64,000 nucleotides of DNA. It comes from Patescibacteria group bacterium. Its GTDB lineage: Bacteria > Patescibacteriota > Minisyncoccia > Phycocordibacterales > UBA1550. Position numbers and translations under genes: made by a program. Of the stretch, positions 39,960 through 49,905 are shown piece after piece; within the stretch, counting starts at the first letter, position 1, and each line of letters begins with the position of its first letter. Below the pieces are notes generated by a model that did not search any database, was not told the origin of the DNA, and saw only the letters and a program-made list of their open reading frames with translations. Where the stretch lies: positions 186,059-250,058 of the forward strand of contig JBBTWP010000001.1 in NCBI GenBank assembly GCA_038062675.1, written 5' to 3'.

Positions 39960-42167
39960 ATGGCTCTTAAATCATACAAGCTCCTTATTGTCGAGTCGCC
40001 CTCAAAAGCGAAGACGATTGGGAAATATTTGGGCGATGAATACGTCGTAAAAGCAAGCGTAGGACACATTCGTGACCTTCCCAAAAGCAACAAGAAAGCG
40101 ATTGACATCCCTGCTGGTTTTGTCCCCCACTACGAAATCTCGAAAGGCAAAGATTCCGTCGTGCATGAAATAGACACCCTCGCAAAAAAAGCAAGTGAAG
40201 TCCTCCTGGCGACCGACCCCGACCGTGAAGGCGAGGCTATTGCATGGCACATCAAAGAGGCGTGTGGACTCAAAAAACCAAAACGCATTGTCTTTCATGA
40301 AATCACCAAGAAGGCAATTGAAGAGGCGCTCAAACATCCGCGCACGATTGACGAGAACTTGCGCATTGCGCAGGAGGCACGTCGCGTGCTCGACCGCTTG
40401 GTGGGTTACGACCTCTCGGGTCTCATTTGGAAAAAAGTGCGCTACGGACTTTCTGCGGGGCGCGTACAGTCCCCTGCGCTCCGCATCATTATGGAACGCG
40501 AACGTGAAATTCGCGCATTTATTCCCGAAGCATATTGGGTGCTGAACGCCCGCGTAAAAACACAGGGCAATGCCGAACTTGAACTTTCGTGCACCAAAGA
40601 ACCGCGCGAAGAATCGGTGGTGAAAAACATTTTGAAAGTCGGTCGCGAGAATCAATGGTTTGTCCGCGAAGTAAAAGAAAGCGAAGTTGGACGTTCACCC
40701 AAGGCGCCATTCATCACCTCCACCTTGCAACAAACCGCAAGCTCACGCTTTGGTTTTGCCCCCTCGCGCACCATGATGGTTGCACAAAAGTTGTACGAAA
40801 AAGGTTTCATTACCTATATGCGTACCGACAGCACAACCCTTTCCAAAGACGCGCAGACGGCGGTTTTGGCGGAGATTGCCAAACGCTACGGCGTAGCATC
40901 CGCAGAAGAGCGCGTCTTTAAAACCAAAAGCAAAAATGCTCAGGAGGCACATGAAGCAATCCGTCCGACGGATGTCTCAAAAGACCATCTTGGCATTACT
41001 CCCGAGGAGCGAAAACTCTACCAGCTCATTTGGGCACGCACCATCGCCTCACAAATGACCGACGCTAAACTCGCGCGAACCACCGTTCTTGCCAATGTTC
41101 GCGCCGGCGAAATGCCAGATTTCTCTGTAACTGGCTCGCGTGTCATCCTTCCCGGCTGGCTTGCCGCCGACCCCGACGCGCGCGGTGAAGACGTACAGCT
41201 TCCAAAAGTTTCCGAGGGCGAGCCTTTAATATTACTCTCTCTTTCTGACGAGGCAAAGTTCACCGAACCTCCAAGTCGCTACTCTGAGGCAGGACTTGTG
41301 AAGGAGCTCGAAAAGCGTGGCATCGGTCGCCCTTCAACATACGCGTCTATCATCAAGACTATTATTGATCGTGGATATGTCCTCAAAGACGGAAAAACAC
41401 TCAAACCTACTGACACTGGCGATGTAGTAAGCTCCTTCCTTGAAAATCATTTTGCAAACTACATCAGCGATTCGTTTACAGCAGAAATGGAAGATAAGCT
41501 TGACGATATTGCAAACGGTGAACGAGAATATGTGAAGACGCTCAAAGAATTTTACGGCCCATTCACCAAGGAGGTAAAATCCAAAGATAAAATCGATAAA
41601 CTCACCACCCTTGGAGAAGCTGACCCGAAACACAAGTGTCCAAAGTGTAATGGTCCGATGATTATTAAACTCGCCCGCACAGGGAAATTTCTTTCGTGCA
41701 AAAACTATCCCGAATGTACCGGTGCACGCATGATCGATGGCACCGAGCTTGCAGGACCAAAAGACACGGGTGAGCTTTGCCCAAAATGTGAAAAAGTAAA
41801 TCTTGTAGAACGCGACGGGCGCTTTGGTAGATTCATTGCCTGCAGTAGTTATCCGAAATGTAAATTCATCAAGAAAGATGAGGCAGCGGCACTTCTCAAC
41901 CACACGGGCGTCCCCTGCCCTGTCTGCAAAAAAGGTTTTATGACTGAGCGCAAAGGTCGCTTTGGTATTTTCTATAGTTGTACCGGCTACCCCGACTGCA
42001 AACATGCCATCAAAGCAAAGCCAACCGGCAATTTCTGTACGTACCCAAAACCCGACGGCACAGCCTGTGGCGCCCTCATGATGCTCGGCACAAAAACAAT
42101 TCCCGAACGTTGCAGCGACAAAACGTGTCCCATGCACAACCCACACAAGCTCGACAAAGCACAATAA
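39960..42167 (+). CDS. topA: DNA topoisomerase I
   Basis: TOPRIM LLIVESPSKAKTI, catalytic core, several C-terminal C4 zinc ribbons (CPKCNGPM, CPKCEK, CPVCKKG). Confidence 0.9.
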   Translation: MALKSYKLLIVESPSKAKTIGKYLGDEYVVKASVGHIRDLPKSNKKAIDIPAGFVPHYEISKGKDSVVHEIDTLAKKASEVLLATDPDREGEAIAWHIKEACGLKKPKRIVFHEITKKAIEEALKHPRTIDENLRIAQEARRVLDRLVGYDLSGLIWKKVRYGLSAGRVQSPALRIIMEREREIRAFIPEAYWVLNARVKTQGNAELELSCTKEPREESVVKNILKVGRENQWFVREVKESEVGRSPKAPFITSTLQQTASSRFGFAPSRTMMVAQKLYEKGFITYMRTDSTTLSKDAQTAVLAEIAKRYGVASAEERVFKTKSKNAQEAHEAIRPTDVSKDHLGITPEERKLYQLIWARTIASQMTDAKLARTTVLANVRAGEMPDFSVTGSRVILPGWLAADPDARGEDVQLPKVSEGEPLILLSLSDEAKFTEPPSRYSEAGLVKELEKRGIGRPSTYASIIKTIIDRGYVLKDGKTLKPTDTGDVVSSFLENHFANYISDSFTAEMEDKLDDIANGEREYVKTLKEFYGPFTKEVKSKDKIDKLTTLGEADPKHKCPKCNGPMIIKLARTGKFLSCKNYPECTGARMIDGTELAGPKDTGELCPKCEKVNLVERDGRFGRFIACSSYPKCKFIKKDEAAALLNHTGVPCPVCKKGFMTERKGRFGIFYSCTGYPDCKHAIKAKPTGNFCTYPKPDGTACGALMMLGTKTIPERCSDKTCPMHNPHKLDKAQ

Positions 42168-42261
42168 CAGCTACACCTTGTAAATTTTTAAACTATGTGG
42201 TAAAAGTATCAACAGAAGGATCATTTCGCAAGTACTACTATCTACGTCACGAGGAGGAGTT

Positions 42262-42615
42262 ATGGACCAATTATTCCCCACGATACCTATCGACAAATTC
42301 GATGAAGAAATTTTCGAAGCAATACTCCAAATATACAACGAGGTAGCAAAAACTGAACACTCCCCCGTCCAAAACAATCGCGAGAATGTTGTACTAATTG
42401 TCGACTTGCTCAAAAACATGTCTCACGTTGAGTTCGTTCTTGGTTCCAGTTTGCACAATCGCTCAAAACTGTTCCTGTGGCCAATATACAAACAAAACGG
42501 ACTGTGTGTAGGATTTGACATTGAACCTAACACATCCAACGACTTTGAACCGCACCCGCAATTTATGATGATTGAATTTCGAGACAAGGTGAGCGCATAC
42601 ATCGAAACTCTTTGA
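42262..42615 (+). CDS. hypothetical protein
   Basis: ORF followed by a terminator hairpin at 42636-42690. Confidence 0.4.
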   Translation: MDQLFPTIPIDKFDEEIFEAILQIYNEVAKTEHSPVQNNRENVVLIVDLLKNMSHVEFVLGSSLHNRSKLFLWPIYKQNGLCVGFDIEPNTSNDFEPHPQFMMIEFRDKVSAYIETL

Positions 42616-42635
42616 ATTAAGTAGGAAGAACCACA

Positions 42636-42690
42636 TCTCGTCTGCGCATTGCGTAGACGAGATGTTTGCTTTTCATCCAAAACTCATCTA
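42636..42690 (+). terminator. rho-independent terminator
   Basis: catctcgtctgcgcattgcgtagacgagatg hairpin followed by a T-rich tract. Confidence 0.6.
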
Positions 42691-42702
42691 GTATGAGATT
42701 AT

Positions 42703-44211
42703 ATGGGAGAAAAACGCAGCAAAAGTCTTGTGCACCCAAGTGCACACGATATTATAGCCCTCATGAAAGCACCGACGGCAAAAGACCGAGCGGTCATAGA
42801 AAAAGCGTATGCATTTGCAGAAAAAGCGCATGAGGGGCAAACTCGTTACTCAGGCGAACCCTACTTCAACCACGTTGCTTTTGTAGCGCAAAATTTGGCA
42901 ACTATCAAAATGGACACTATCACAGTGGCGGCAGGACTCCTCCATGACACCATCGAGGATGCCAATGTGCCTGAAAAAACTATTGAGCAAGAATTTGGAA
43001 AAGAAGTATTATTCCTCGTTCTCGGTGTCACCAAACTTGGCAAACTAAAATATCGTGGCGTTGAGCGTCACGTCGAAAGTTTGCGGAAATTTTTCGTTGC
43101 TATGTCCGCGGACATTCGCGTCCTCCTAATCAAGCTCGCTGATCGGCTCCACAACATACAAACTCTCGAACATGTTCCGGAGGAAAAGAGGAAACGTATC
43201 GCGATTGAGACCCTTGAGGTTCACGCACGTCTTGCCGACCGCCTCGGCATGGGTAAGTGGAAAAGTCTCTTTGAGGACGCGGCGTTTAGGTACGCGTATC
43301 CAAAAGAATACATGGAAACTGCCGCCATCATCAAAACAAAACGAGTTACCGATGAAAAATATGCCGAAAAGATTTACCGGTCCATTCAAAAAGAACTCGT
43401 CGCAAATGGCATTAAAACAGCACGTGTTGAATATCGCGTCAAAAATCTCTACAGTCTTTGGAAAAAACTGGCACGAAAAGAAAAAGACCCAAGCAAAGTG
43501 TACGATATCCTCGCGCTCCGTGTTATTGTGGATTCTCTTGAAGATTGCTACCGAGCGCTCGGAATCATCCATAAACACTGGCGACCAGTTCCGGGACGCA
43601 TCAAAGATTACATTGCTGTTGGAAAGCCCAATGGCTATCGCTCGCTCCATACCACAATCTTCCGCGGGGATGGAGGGATTGTTGAGATTCAAATTCGTAC
43701 GCGTGAAATGCACGAAGAAGCGCAGTACGGAATCGCTTCACATTTAGGGTACAAAGAAGGGAGCTCAGGAAACAATACCTTGCAGAAAAATGTTGCTTGG
43801 GTTAAAGAACTTGTAGATTTACAAAAAAATGTTACTAAATCGGAAGAATTTCTCGAGCACCTCAAAATGGACTTCTTTAAAAATCGCGTATTTGTAATGA
43901 CTCCAAAAGGCGACATAATAGACCTGCCCGAAGACTCAACGGCAATCGATTTTGCCTATGCCATTCATTCAAACATCGGCGACCATGTCGCGGGGGTAAA
44001 AATCAATCATAAACTCGTCTCTCTTGATACAAAACTAAAAAATGGCAACATCGTAGAGATTGAGACAAAAGAATCGGCGACGCCGAAAAGAAAGTGGCTT
44101 GATTATACAAAAACCACACTTGCAAAGAGGCACATCCGCGCACGACTTGAAGAGGCAAATTCTTCCAACCCGATTGAGATGCTTGCAAGAAAATTCTTTA
44201 GGAAAAAATAA
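42703..44211 (+). CDS. rel: short bifunctional (p)ppGpp synthetase/hydrolase (HD + RelA/SpoT + TGS)
   Basis: HD motif HDTIED. Synthetase region RSLHTTI...EIQIRTREMH. TGS-like C-terminus. 502 aa, lacking the ACT/RIS domains. Confidence 0.85.
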   Translation: MGEKRSKSLVHPSAHDIIALMKAPTAKDRAVIEKAYAFAEKAHEGQTRYSGEPYFNHVAFVAQNLATIKMDTITVAAGLLHDTIEDANVPEKTIEQEFGKEVLFLVLGVTKLGKLKYRGVERHVESLRKFFVAMSADIRVLLIKLADRLHNIQTLEHVPEEKRKRIAIETLEVHARLADRLGMGKWKSLFEDAAFRYAYPKEYMETAAIIKTKRVTDEKYAEKIYRSIQKELVANGIKTARVEYRVKNLYSLWKKLARKEKDPSKVYDILALRVIVDSLEDCYRALGIIHKHWRPVPGRIKDYIAVGKPNGYRSLHTTIFRGDGGIVEIQIRTREMHEEAQYGIASHLGYKEGSSGNNTLQKNVAWVKELVDLQKNVTKSEEFLEHLKMDFFKNRVFVMTPKGDIIDLPEDSTAIDFAYAIHSNIGDHVAGVKINHKLVSLDTKLKNGNIVEIETKESATPKRKWLDYTKTTLAKRHIRARLEEANSSNPIEMLARKFFRKK

Positions 44212-44267
44212 CTCGCTCGTTTCAAGGTCAAGCCCCCCTTACTAACTACGCAACGCAAAATACATCA

Positions 44268-45275
44268 TTAAATAGCAAAATTTTTGATATTGTAAATATC
44301 GTCATCCTTGTCCATCTCGTTGTTGATGTCTGCTTCGGCAAGATCGCCTGGCTCAGCTGGTTTCGCGGCTTCCTCTGCTGATTCCCCAAGCGGTACTGAA
44401 AGGGTCTCTCCTCCCAGTTTAACCCCCTGCATTTCAGCGCGAAAACGCTGTGCAAAGTTGCGCACATCATCGCGTGAGAAAAAGTCGATAACAATCTTTC
44501 CGCCGACTTCGCGTTTTTCAATCTGAACACGCGTACCAAGCTTCTCGGTAAGCTCATGCTCAAGCTCGATAATTTCAGGATCCAAATTAGGGTCCTTCTT
44601 TCGTGTCTTATCAACTGCAATCCTTCGGGCAATGCGCTCCGCCTCGCGTACGTTAAGCTTCTTGAAAATAATTTCTTTGTAGAGCGTCAGCTGTTCCTCG
44701 GTGCGCCCAGAAAGCATGAGAAGGGGGCGTGTATGCCCTTCGTTGATACGGCGCGCAGCGAGCGCAAGCAACATCTCTTCCGGCAATGCTAGAATGCGGA
44801 GCGTATTGGAAACATATTCGCGACTTTTGCCCACCTTGTGCGCAATTTGTGCGTGCTTGAAACCAAACTCGTCGGCAAGACGCTGGAATGCTTTTGCGCG
44901 ATCAACAGGATTCAAATCTTCACGCTGCAAATTTTCAATGATTGCAAGCTCAAGCTTGATGCGGTCCTCTTCTTCTTTCCCCTCCGACCCAATGCGAATA
45001 AGAACCGGAACCTGCGTAAGCATGGCGAGTTTTGACGCACGCAAACGGCGCTCCCCCGCGATGAGTTCGTATTCCACAGCAAGTCCCCCTTCAGGTTTTT
45101 CAATCTCACGGCGTGTCACCACCAAAGGTTGCAAGATACCGTACTGCTTTATAGAGTCCGCCAGATCTCGAAGTTTTGAATCATCAAACTCCTTGCGTGG
45201 TTGAAACGGATTTGGTTTTATTTTTTCAACTTCGATCCAGAAGATCGCATTTTGGTACATGTTGTGCGTGGTCAT
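44268..45275 (-). CDS. parB: chromosome partitioning protein ParB/Spo0J
   Basis: ParB box LIAGERRLRAS and HTH region. Confidence 0.85.
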   Translation of the reverse strand: MTTHNMYQNAIFWIEVEKIKPNPFQPRKEFDDSKLRDLADSIKQYGILQPLVVTRREIEKPEGGLAVEYELIAGERRLRASKLAMLTQVPVLIRIGSEGKEEEDRIKLELAIIENLQREDLNPVDRAKAFQRLADEFGFKHAQIAHKVGKSREYVSNTLRILALPEEMLLALAARRINEGHTRPLLMLSGRTEEQLTLYKEIIFKKLNVREAERIARRIAVDKTRKKDPNLDPEIIELEHELTEKLGTRVQIEKREVGGKIVIDFFSRDDVRNFAQRFRAEMQGVKLGGETLSVPLGESAEEAAKPAEPGDLAEADINNEMDKDDDIYNIKNFAI

Positions 45276-45395
45276 GAAAGGTATTGTTTCCTCTCATTAT
45301 ACATGCAATTCGTCTCAGTGCAAAAAATAAAAATATTGACATTTTTTGCTTCACTGCTACACTTATTATCATGTCCTCAAGAAAAGGGTCTCATC

Positions 45396-45650
45396 ATGGC
45401 AAATTTCGAAAATGTTCCACGAATAAAGCTGAGTGCTCACGACAAAGCTATAAGGGAAATACACGGAGTCTTGAATGATGGAGTCCTACCAGAACCGAAA
45501 AGTATCGAAGAGATTAACAATCTCTTCCCAGAACGAAGGCAGGTACCGCGAGAAAAAGTTGGTGAGATTATTCCTGATTCGGCAACAACGAATACAGCAA
45601 AACAACCACCAAAATGGACATACGCTGACCATTCATCAAAGGACAGCTAG
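45396..45650 (+). CDS. hypothetical small protein
   Basis: Internal Met start with a TTGACA-17-like promoter upstream at about 45335. Weak terminator downstream. Confidence 0.35.
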   Translation: MANFENVPRIKLSAHDKAIREIHGVLNDGVLPEPKSIEEINNLFPERRQVPREKVGEIIPDSATTNTAKQPPKWTYADHSSKDS

Positions 45651-45988
45651 AAAATACCCCTGCCAGCTCAGAGCGCCTCACTTGGCGTTCTTTTTTTTAT
45701 ATAAAAGTCCCGCAAGGTACAATCTCGCGGGAAGGGAGGGGTCATTCTATTTTTTCGGAGTCCACGGGGGTGGCTCTGGGACACTTGAAGCTGTGGTACT
45801 CTTTTTGTTCTCGATCCCAAGTTCTTCAGGGTATTCCTGAGGCACCCAACATGCACGAATTCCATGTCCTAGTGCCCTCAATAAACGCATGAATAGGTTT
45901 TCCATAAAAACCTATTCAAATGAAATGTGCCTGCCTCTTTTCACCATACCACAGAGTTCTCCATCTCCGCAACCTTTTCGAAATCAGT

Positions 45989-46681
45989 CTACTTCTTATT
46001 GAGCTCGTATACCACGTCTTTGCGCTCGACAAACACTTCCCATCCGTTTCGTTTTGCATGCTTCCACAACTTCATATTTGGATTGAAGCAAATGGGGCGC
46101 TCAACAAGCTCAAGAAACGCAACGTCACCCTCTGTGTCCCCCACCCCGACCGACCCCTCGAGCGTCAGCCCTTCTTTTTCGACCGCACGACGCACTACGG
46201 CAGCTTTGTTGGCAATGATATGCTCATCTTCAATACGACCCGTAAAACAGTCTGTCGGACCCAATTCATAAAATCTCCCATACACTTTGTCGAAACCGAG
46301 CTCCTGACAAAACAAGTCAAGAATGCCCTTCGGTGACTGCGAGACCGCAAGAAGGTAGTAATCTTTTTTCTTTAGCTCTTGGATAAGATCCTCAGTAAAG
46401 CGATACGTGCGATTGCGATAACGATCCACCACAATCTTTGCGGCAGTTGTAAATTCGCCAAAGTGCACGCCTTTGATATGCTTCAGGAACACTTTTACCA
46501 CTGCCATAATATACTCCTCGTAATCCCCTTTACGATCGAGCCACTGTACTTTCTCCTCATGATATTCGACCCGCACCGAAAGAGGAAACGTCCCCCGCTC
46601 GATGAGAACCTCAACGAGTTCGATCAACAAACTCGACCGAAAGATGGTCCCGTCAATATCAAAAATAGCTACTTTGCGCAT
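45989..46681 (-). CDS. HAD-IB family hydrolase (phosphoserine phosphatase-like)
   Basis: MRKVAIFDIDGTIF motif I. TATAAT lies 8 nt upstream of this ATG, suggesting a leaderless or short-leader transcript. Confidence 0.6.
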   Translation of the reverse strand: MRKVAIFDIDGTIFRSSLLIELVEVLIERGTFPLSVRVEYHEEKVQWLDRKGDYEEYIMAVVKVFLKHIKGVHFGEFTTAAKIVVDRYRNRTYRFTEDLIQELKKKDYYLLAVSQSPKGILDLFCQELGFDKVYGRFYELGPTDCFTGRIEDEHIIANKAAVVRRAVEKEGLTLEGSVGVGDTEGDVAFLELVERPICFNPNMKLWKHAKRNGWEVFVERKDVVYELNKK

Positions 46682-46733
46682 AGGGCTATTATACCATGCG
46701 CTCCAAAACTGCCGTACATGAGAAATTTTGAAA

Positions 46734-47216
46734 TTATTGCATTCCGGCACCGCGATGTATTTCAATATCCGAAACCGATGAAGTGGTTACGGGTACAAGT
46801 TCTCCATTTCCACCCATCATAAACGTGAATTTCGCACCTTTTTTTGCTACAAATATTCCTTCGCTATACAACGAACGCGGAACACCCCATGTTTCTTCAT
46901 TGTTTGTCTTTCTGTACACCACCACCTTCCCCGGCTCATCTTTCAAACTTTCAAATAAATAACGACTGCCGCTCTCCGTCTTTACAAAAACCTTGTCGCC
47001 TCCCTGAAGAGTCTTGAAGTCGAGCTCGTTTGGGTGTTCCATTCCCTCCAAGACGGGCGTTTCTGCCTCCACAGGTGAAGCCTCGGGTGACGCAGGGGGA
47101 TTTTGCGGAGATTGCGGAGCACGTTCAAAATTAAAGCCAAAAACCATAAATAATATAAAGCTAACAACGTTAATAATCTTACTTGCTATTTTACACCAAA
47201 AACGCTGTTGCAACAA
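46734..47216 (-). CDS. hypothetical signal-anchored protein
   Basis: N-terminal hydrophobic anchor and a Pro-rich linker. Confidence 0.4.
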   Translation of the reverse strand: MLQQRFWCKIASKIINVVSFILFMVFGFNFERAPQSPQNPPASPEASPVEAETPVLEGMEHPNELDFKTLQGGDKVFVKTESGSRYLFESLKDEPGKVVVYRKTNNEETWGVPRSLYSEGIFVAKKGAKFTFMMGGNGELVPVTTSSVSDIEIHRGAGMQ

Positions 47217-47289
47217 TCAACTGTGTAGACCCAACCCACTTTCATAGCTCGCACCAGAATTTGACCAAAATAGATAGTCAAAGTCTAAG

Positions 47290-47545
47290 CAGATTACACT
47301 CTGTGACCCTACCGGGAATCTCCCGCGACTCTCAGTTCGTCGTCACTCACCTCGGTCTGGGCACCGCCTCGCGGCCTCGCAAGGTTGCGCGACAACGCTC
47401 CGGCGTTCGATTCCCGGATGTTCAGTAAAACAGTAAGCCCCGAATGCTCCACGCATCCGAGGCTAACTGTTTTATGTGAGCCAAGCTTAACGACGTTCGA
47501 ACACTCATCGAATCCCGCGACCCAGAAACAATGACGGCGATCCAG
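47290..47545. ncRNA. candidate structured noncoding RNA (unassigned)
   Basis: About 300 nt free of credible ORFs, locally GC-rich. Internal repeats gaatctcccgcgac / gaatcccgcgac and gttcgattcccgg. No family motif identified. Confidence 0.3.
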
Positions 47546-47549
47546 AATA

Positions 47550-47759
47550 TTAAGATGCTTCTGGCTCGCAATCATGTAACGTTACTTCCATCAATTCATC
47601 GGCATGAACATCAGGGGGAAGAGGGCGTAGGAACAACCGATACATGTTAACTAAACGGCGTGCCATGAGCACAGCATCTTCACGGGAGATTCGCTCGTCG
47701 AAATTGCGCTCGTAGATTTCTATAAACTCGTTGATTGCTTCTTCGGTGAATTGCATCAA
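47550..47759 (-). CDS. hypothetical small acidic protein
   Basis: 69-aa ORF downstream of the RelA/SpoT-domain gene. Confidence 0.35.
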   Translation of the reverse strand: MMQFTEEAINEFIEIYERNFDERISREDAVLMARRLVNMYRLFLRPLPPDVHADELMEVTLHDCEPEAS

Positions 47760-47911
47760 GTAAGTGTATTGATTGTGGGATAAGTACTAAAGGGGGTGAA
47801 GTGTGCCTACACGACATAATTCCTCAATTGAAAGTATATTTTCGGATCGTTGAAGACATCAGTCAAGGTATAAAATATTACATCACAGTATGTACACTGC
47901 TACGTTCCGCG

Positions 47912-48877
47912 CTAGTCAAACGATATTCCGAACGCATTGGCAATGCGTTCTAGTTCGCGTTCGGGATAATGCGCACTCCACACTTTCCGAATCACAGCGG
48001 TGTCCGCACACAGTCGATCATAAATCATCAGTGCTTCAGGTTGATAAAGATAAGCACTTCGGTTGGGCGTGCCCTCGGCCTCCTCGTAAACTTCGCGAAT
48101 CACGTCTTCGTGTTCAGCGTAAAAATGATCAAGATGGGACACGATCTGTCGCGACTCTTTTTCATACAGCGGCATAAGTAAATGGATCAACGCAAGTGAT
48201 ATTTCTGGATCACCGCGTCGCGTCGTGAGTTTGTAGTAATGCCGCTCTAGCGACTTCAGCAAATCAAGTTCTGGGGTTGTAGGCGTTTCCATATTTAGCC
48301 TAGTAAATTCACTATCGGCTACCTCGACTACTCCTGCAAGAAGGAAAATTCGACGCTTTATCGAATTCGGCAACGGATTAAGGGTATCGTCATTCTTGTA
48401 GTAGGTGTCATGTGACATCTCAGACCACAAATGTTGGGCAAGGGTTCGCACTTGAAGTTCAGCTTGAAACTTTTGCGGCGGATAAGTGGCCACCAGCGGG
48501 TCGTCCGCACACAGTTTCACATCGACATGTACACTCAGATATCCGACTTGATCCAGTTTCAGCGTATCAGCCTTCTGCTCTGGCTGCCCGCACTTAAACG
48601 ACTTTTCGGCTAACGCCAAAACCGCGTCGACTTCATTCTTGTACCGAAGAATCACACGAATGCCGGACTTATCGCTCACCGATTCATAATTATGACTCGG
48701 CTTCTTGATCAACTTGCGAATGAAACCATCCATTTCCTTCGCACGGCTGGTTACATCAGCCCAGATGCCCGCTTGACGCAATTCAGTACGTAGCCGCTTT
48801 TCAAGTTCTTTGCCGAATTGCTCATACTTGGGCCTCTCTTGAAGCCAGCGCTTCCGGGCGGTTTCCAAATCGGTCAT
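47912..48877 (-). CDS. RelA/SpoT-domain nucleotidyltransferase (toxSAS/CapRel-like) with C-terminal extension
   Basis: GIRVILRYKNEVD, VGYLSVHVDV and ELQVRTLAQHLWSEMSHDTYYK match the RelA_SpoT synthetase fold. No HD or TGS domains. Overlaps the upstream gene by 4 nt (ATGA). Confidence 0.7.
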   Translation of the reverse strand: MTDLETARKRWLQERPKYEQFGKELEKRLRTELRQAGIWADVTSRAKEMDGFIRKLIKKPSHNYESVSDKSGIRVILRYKNEVDAVLALAEKSFKCGQPEQKADTLKLDQVGYLSVHVDVKLCADDPLVATYPPQKFQAELQVRTLAQHLWSEMSHDTYYKNDDTLNPLPNSIKRRIFLLAGVVEVADSEFTRLNMETPTTPELDLLKSLERHYYKLTTRRGDPEISLALIHLLMPLYEKESRQIVSHLDHFYAEHEDVIREVYEEAEGTPNRSAYLYQPEALMIYDRLCADTAVIRKVWSAHYPERELERIANAFGISFD

Positions 48878-49905
48878 TTATGCACAATGTTTTGTAGTTG
48901 ATCATGCACAACTATTTGGTCAGTTTCGATGTCGACCAGATGTTCCTCGTCAACAGGCACAGTTACTGTCACGCCCTTAATCGTGTAGAGCGACTTTCGA
49001 CGAAGCTTGCTTTGAATATCTGAGGTATCTTTCTCGAACCCTTGCAGCGAAACTCGGTTATCGGCAAGGAAGTCCGAGTACAGCTTTTGGTAACTGTCCG
49101 GGATGTAATCCTCTATAAATTTCTTGGGTATAATTTTTGTCTTCTTGGATTTCAGCTCCGACAGGAGATGCTCGTACACATCATTTTTCTCCACCGGATC
49201 AGTAATGTAACTGTTAACGAAATTAACAGTCGCATCAAACCACTTCTGCGTTGCGATACGCGGTTCTTCTGTGGCACGGCATCCCAAAAACCGCATCCAG
49301 AATCGTGCTACATCCGTGCTTCTGGTTACTGAGCGCTGGCTGTCACACGCCGCAGCGCGGAACGTGTTCTCGCCAGTTCTAATAAACAGCGCGGATTTAA
49401 AAAGACGCGTGCCATCGGTAAACACAAGGTTGTCGAGCACGGACATCTCAAACCTCCGTCTACCATCAATTGTGCGCAGCTCAAGGTCGGCACCTTGCTC
49501 GCGCTCCAACTTTAAAATAGCTAGGCTGGCACGGCCGGCGCTGGCGATATCAATGACACATAACAATCCTGGAGACATCTGACCGCCCTGTTGGTCAAAC
49601 AAGTATTGCGCCAGCCGTTGTGACATATCAACGAAGTGCTTGATCGAATGAGACTTAGCTGTGAACTTCCCCACTTCATCGGGAACCGGCGAGCTGGTCT
49701 CAGGAAGAAATTCAGTCTCGTAGGCAGATTTAGACCCTAGCGCCCGCGTTAGTCGATCCTTCAACATACCAGCCCGCGACGAATCAATCTCCGTTTCGGC
49801 ATCGGCCAGGGTTGGTATGTTCGTACCGCCCTTAGAATTGTTTGGTACGTCATGGAAAATGATGTGTCTGATTTTTAGTCTGGCGAGATCGTCGGATGTA
49901 ATCAT
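48874..49905 (-). CDS. NA37 (YejK/NdpA-like) nucleoid-associated-protein family member
   Basis: N-terminal LKIRHIIFHDV and mid-protein FWMRFLGCRA resemble E. coli YejK (INQIALHQLIK, FFMDFLGASE). About 340 aa, as in YejK. Confidence 0.6.
   Translation of the reverse strand: MITSDDLARLKIRHIIFHDVPNNSKGGTNIPTLADAETEIDSSRAGMLKDRLTRALGSKSAYETEFLPETSSPVPDEVGKFTAKSHSIKHFVDMSQRLAQYLFDQQGGQMSPGLLCVIDIASAGRASLAILKLEREQGADLELRTIDGRRRFEMSVLDNLVFTDGTRLFKSALFIRTGENTFRAAACDSQRSVTRSTDVARFWMRFLGCRATEEPRIATQKWFDATVNFVNSYITDPVEKNDVYEHLLSELKSKKTKIIPKKFIEDYIPDSYQKLYSDFLADNRVSLQGFEKDTSDIQSKLRRKSLYTIKGVTVTVPVDEEHLVDIETDQIVVHDQLQNIVHK

Noticed and set aside
47217-47549. tmRNA or RNase P RNA assignment for the structured noncoding region
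   Set aside because: Looked on both strands for GGGG...GGAUUCGAC / T-arm...CCA (tmRNA) and GGAAAGUCCGGGCUCC (RNase P P4). Only partial resemblances (GGGAUUCGAUG) without a complementary acceptor stem. Left as unassigned candidate ncRNA.
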